Assembly: GCA_054600435.1 (NCBI GenBank) | Contig: BAAIJX010000006.1 | Location: 310,001 to 374,000 of the forward strand | DNA: 64,000 nt | Source: Neophaeotheca triangularis | Lineage: Eukaryota | Direction: 5' to 3' | In this document: one piece after another, positions 61,012-64,000 of the stretch | Position numbering within the stretch: the stretch's first letter is position 1 | Layout: each line of letters starts with the position of its first letter | Translations under genes and position numbers: made by a program | The notes under the pieces: generated by a model | The model's database searches: none | Told to the model about the DNA's origin: nothing | Seen by the model: the letters and a program-made list of their open reading frames with translations, nothing else

Positions 61012-62727
61012 TCAACGCACTGCATCCCTCCCCCGGTGATGATGGTGCTCCCTCATCTTCGAACGCCGCTCATTTCGTACCCTCCTGGCCTCCTTCTCCG
61101 AAACCCATCCATCAGGCCTCTCCCCGTTCTGCCATCCAGAACTCAATCGCCTTTTCTTCCGGCCATTGTGGCTTTTGTGGCTGCGCCCAGCGTGCGAGTG
61201 GCGCCCGCCGCTCGAACTAGGCTGCTCTTGCACCAGTCCCGCATCTTCTAGCAAGTCTGCAAAATCCATGCCTAGAGGAAAGTGGCTCACGGTAGAGCTG
61301 TGATCAGTGCAAGGTGAGAATCGCACAGGGAGTAACCAGTGGTGTAAGCGGTTACCGAAGATCTGGACTAGATTTTGGTAAGGACCCAAGTCCCAAGGAT
61401 TCATACCAGGTTCAGTCCGCAGGATTGCAAAAGTGCGTAGCACGGGGGCCGGTACGGGCGGTCGGTCCTGTGGCAAATGTAATGGGTAGGTAATCGTGCC
61501 CTGCATGATAGGGGAAATAGCCGGGGGCAGCCTTTGACGGTCATGCTGACCATGCTGTGATCGCGAGCGAGAAGAACGCTGATGGCTCTGCCGACTGAAA
61601 TATGTCGAATGACTCGGATCGTCGAGATCTGATGTCAGCGGCCTCTCGCTACCACCAGAGGTATCTGGAGGTGTGATTGTCCGTGTCGGGGGCGGTTGCA
61701 GTATCGATTGCCCGTGTGGCTGCATGTGGGGTGGCAGCAAGACTGCAAGGTGCATTACCCGGGACCCGACATCCAGGTTTTCGATTGTCGTTACGCCCTT
61801 CATTATATTTTGCAAGGTCATTAGCGTCATGCCCAGAGTGAACAATAGGAAAAATGCTGCAAGCCCAAGTCCAACGACCCAATGCACATTCCATACACCG
61901 CCTGTGTTACTCCTAGTTTCCGCCACGAAGAATGCGAGCAGAATCGTCGCATATGCTGTGAATAACGCAGCGTACGCTACGAATTGCACAAAGAACTTCA
62001 AGCTGTGCTCAGCCACCACCCCTCCTACCCAGGGGCAGAAGTGGTCCATCATAGCACAGCACCGGCCGACATCGGAGCAGTGATGACTTCGGTCTGGCTT
62101 CCAAATGTGACAGGTATTGCACCATTCCGGTAGTCCGTTTGGATCGCACACGAATACATCCTTTGAATAGAAGGCCTCAAGTCCGGGCGGAGGCGGCACT
62201 CGGCCTTGGAATATGCCCTCTCTGTCCAGCGATGGTCGCCTCTTCCCACCAGCTTTGTCCTGTCCCAAGCCATCAGATGTCTCGGAGCTGCGGTCTGCGA
62301 TAGTCGTCGGGGTGCAAGAGCGCGTTATGATAGTCCGATGCTGACCCTCCTCGTCTCTGCCTTCAGCAATGTAGGTATCCTGCCCGGAAGGAATGTAGCT
62401 CTTGTTGTCAACAGCGGCGGTCATGAGCAGTCGCAGGTACGTGACGGCCATGGGAATGAGCAGAGCGACCGTGGCTATAGGTATGGCGATGCCAGTAGCG
62501 ACACGCTCCTCCACATTCGCCGAGCTGGGGGTATTTATCAGGTAGTTGACTAGGAGCCCCTGATTAGCCTTGAAATGCCTTCAACTTCTTGCTAGACGGG
62601 GACACTTACTACATAGCGGATGTATGATGACCCAACAGGCATACGCGACTATGCATACTAGAAAGGCGGGTATGAATCTGCTAACTCCCTTGTTGATGGC
62701 CTGCCGCCGGCGCAGCTCGCTATCCAT
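61012..62727 (-). CDS. PFA5: DHHC-family palmitoyltransferase, Pfa5-like (DHFC variant)
   Basis: FYSKDVFVCDPNGLPEWCNTCHIWKPDRSHHCSDVGRCCAMMDHFCPWVGGVV, TTIEN and NPWDLGPYQN. Exon 1 MDSELRRRQAINKG is joined by intron 62550-62609. Confidence 0.85.
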
Positions 62728-64000
62728 GCCGGCGAATTTGAGATCATTGTTGGCTCATGAGTGCTCTGAGCGAAGAGGCGCACTGGTGTAGGTGTTAGCA
62801 GCACTTTGAGCGAGAAGTGTGGGCAAGCGAAGTTGTTCCTTGGATCAATATTACTCGACGAGGTGTTGTTGACGGCAAGGCTGGAAGTACTACCTTGCTA
62901 GTACCTGGTAGTAGTCTCCATGAATCTGCAGGGTGTGCCACGATTCGACGACATGACGTGCCGCTCTAGCAACCGGCGAAACTTCCGATAGCCGAGACTC
63001 TAGGGTTGTCTTTCAGGGTTACCTTAACACCTTTCGTAACTCCTACCTATCTCCTACTTGGAATCGACAACGAGCGTCGTATGTACACTTCGGCATGCTT
63101 CTTCACGGCATTTAGAGGTGCCTCTGCGCGAGCAGCGATGGCGACGGCGGTGGCGATGACAAGCGGTGGCGAGATTTACGAACCTGAAGCTCATCGTAGC
63201 CCTTAGCAAGAGATAGCAAACCAATACCCTAACAATTCCTCGTTGTTCTGCGCAGATAAAAAGAGCATACTTAGGTTCGATTTCATCTCTCGAGACGTTA
63301 GTGAACAGAGCTAAACAAACCCTACCAGTAGCCTCACCATCTTTAAGCAAGCACTCAGTCACGTATATCGCTGCCTACTAAAGAGCTCTTTTGACAACAG
63401 CAGCAGCAGCAGATGCCGGAGGTTGTACGGTCTCGACCTCGATTTCTCGCCGGCATTTTCCTTCCGCATAGCCCTCTAAACCACTGGTGCTGCATCAGAT
63501 CCGCAGACATCTCGATATTCCCTAGCCTCAAGGGCGTAAAGCGCATCTCTTATCTCGTACAGCCGTAGAAAAGACCGTGATCGAGCTCGGAAGCTGAGCA
63601 ATCAAGGGATAAGACGCTCTCGCCTGTATGATTACTCTCCTGGAGATCAGATGAAATGGGACGACATCCTACTAATGACCCGAGAACTGATCCGCATTTC
63701 GCTTCAAATTGGGAACTTTTATTCACGGCCAGCGCAGTTGCCTAATCAGTCTGCAATCACCACCACTTGCGACTGTTGTATCGGCATTATCATCGACAGC
63801 TCTGCCCCATGCTGTCAGTGATGCGTGAACACAGAATTTAAAAATGGTAAATTCGATGTCGATTTTACCATCCCGGATAGGTTTGAATAATACAAAAGGG
63901 CCGAATGCTGCATCACTAGAACTCTGAAGCCTAGGAGGTCATGAGAAGACAGCAGGACTAGCTCTCGGTCGGTTGAAGGTCACGACGGCTTTCGTCAAAT

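Noticed and set aside
62030..62050. DHFC instead of DHHC as a sign of an inactive palmitoyltransferase
   Set aside because: An aromatic residue at this position is a known variant in Pfa5/Akr1-type enzymes, and the catalytic Cys is retained.
63843..63869. Imperfect inverted repeat ATGGTAAA-TTCGA-TG-TCGA-TTTTACCAT
   Set aside because: A single short hairpin with no associated element or second copy; may be chance.
1..64000. tRNA, rRNA, CRISPR arrays or intact transposons
   Set aside because: No cloverleaf or T-loop context, repeat-spacer array, transposase/RT ORF, LTR or TIR pair was seen by eye; small ncRNAs cannot be excluded without covariance-model searches.

Overview
Eukaryotic, intron-containing, roughly 55% GC DNA from a filamentous ascomycete. 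Dothideomycete-like is my inference from gene content, intron style and peptide motifs. The window holds about 25 mostly housekeeping or accessory genes: a calycin-like protein cut by the left edge, an LRR-like protein, FAD monooxygenase, a membrane protein, aquaporin (frameshifted), beta-lactamase-fold esterase, GH17, fructosamine kinase, ERG4, hexose transporter, a decayed A-T-C NRPS-like gene, GH5 mannanase, two tandem RBR E3 ligases, a small secreted CBM52-like protein, SSK1, an MFS transporter, NIF3-like, CMS1, SURF1/SHY1, UBX, PI-PLC-like, a TALE homeobox factor and a PFA5-like palmitoyltransferase. I saw no tRNA, rRNA, CRISPR or intact transposon. The standout locus is 44323-45885 (minus strand). 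After splicing four introns it encodes signal peptide + 8-Cys CFEM-like domain + a Kex2/Ste13-processed polyprotein. It carries two disulfide-peptide repeat families: 3x QxGWCARF(T/S)(K/R)AWTDxRC and 3x FGFCGAxx(A/S)SC. The second family resembles ascomycete alpha-pheromones, and two of its copies are interrupted by in-frame introns. Gene models and splice sites were read by eye and family calls come from motif recognition, not database searches.
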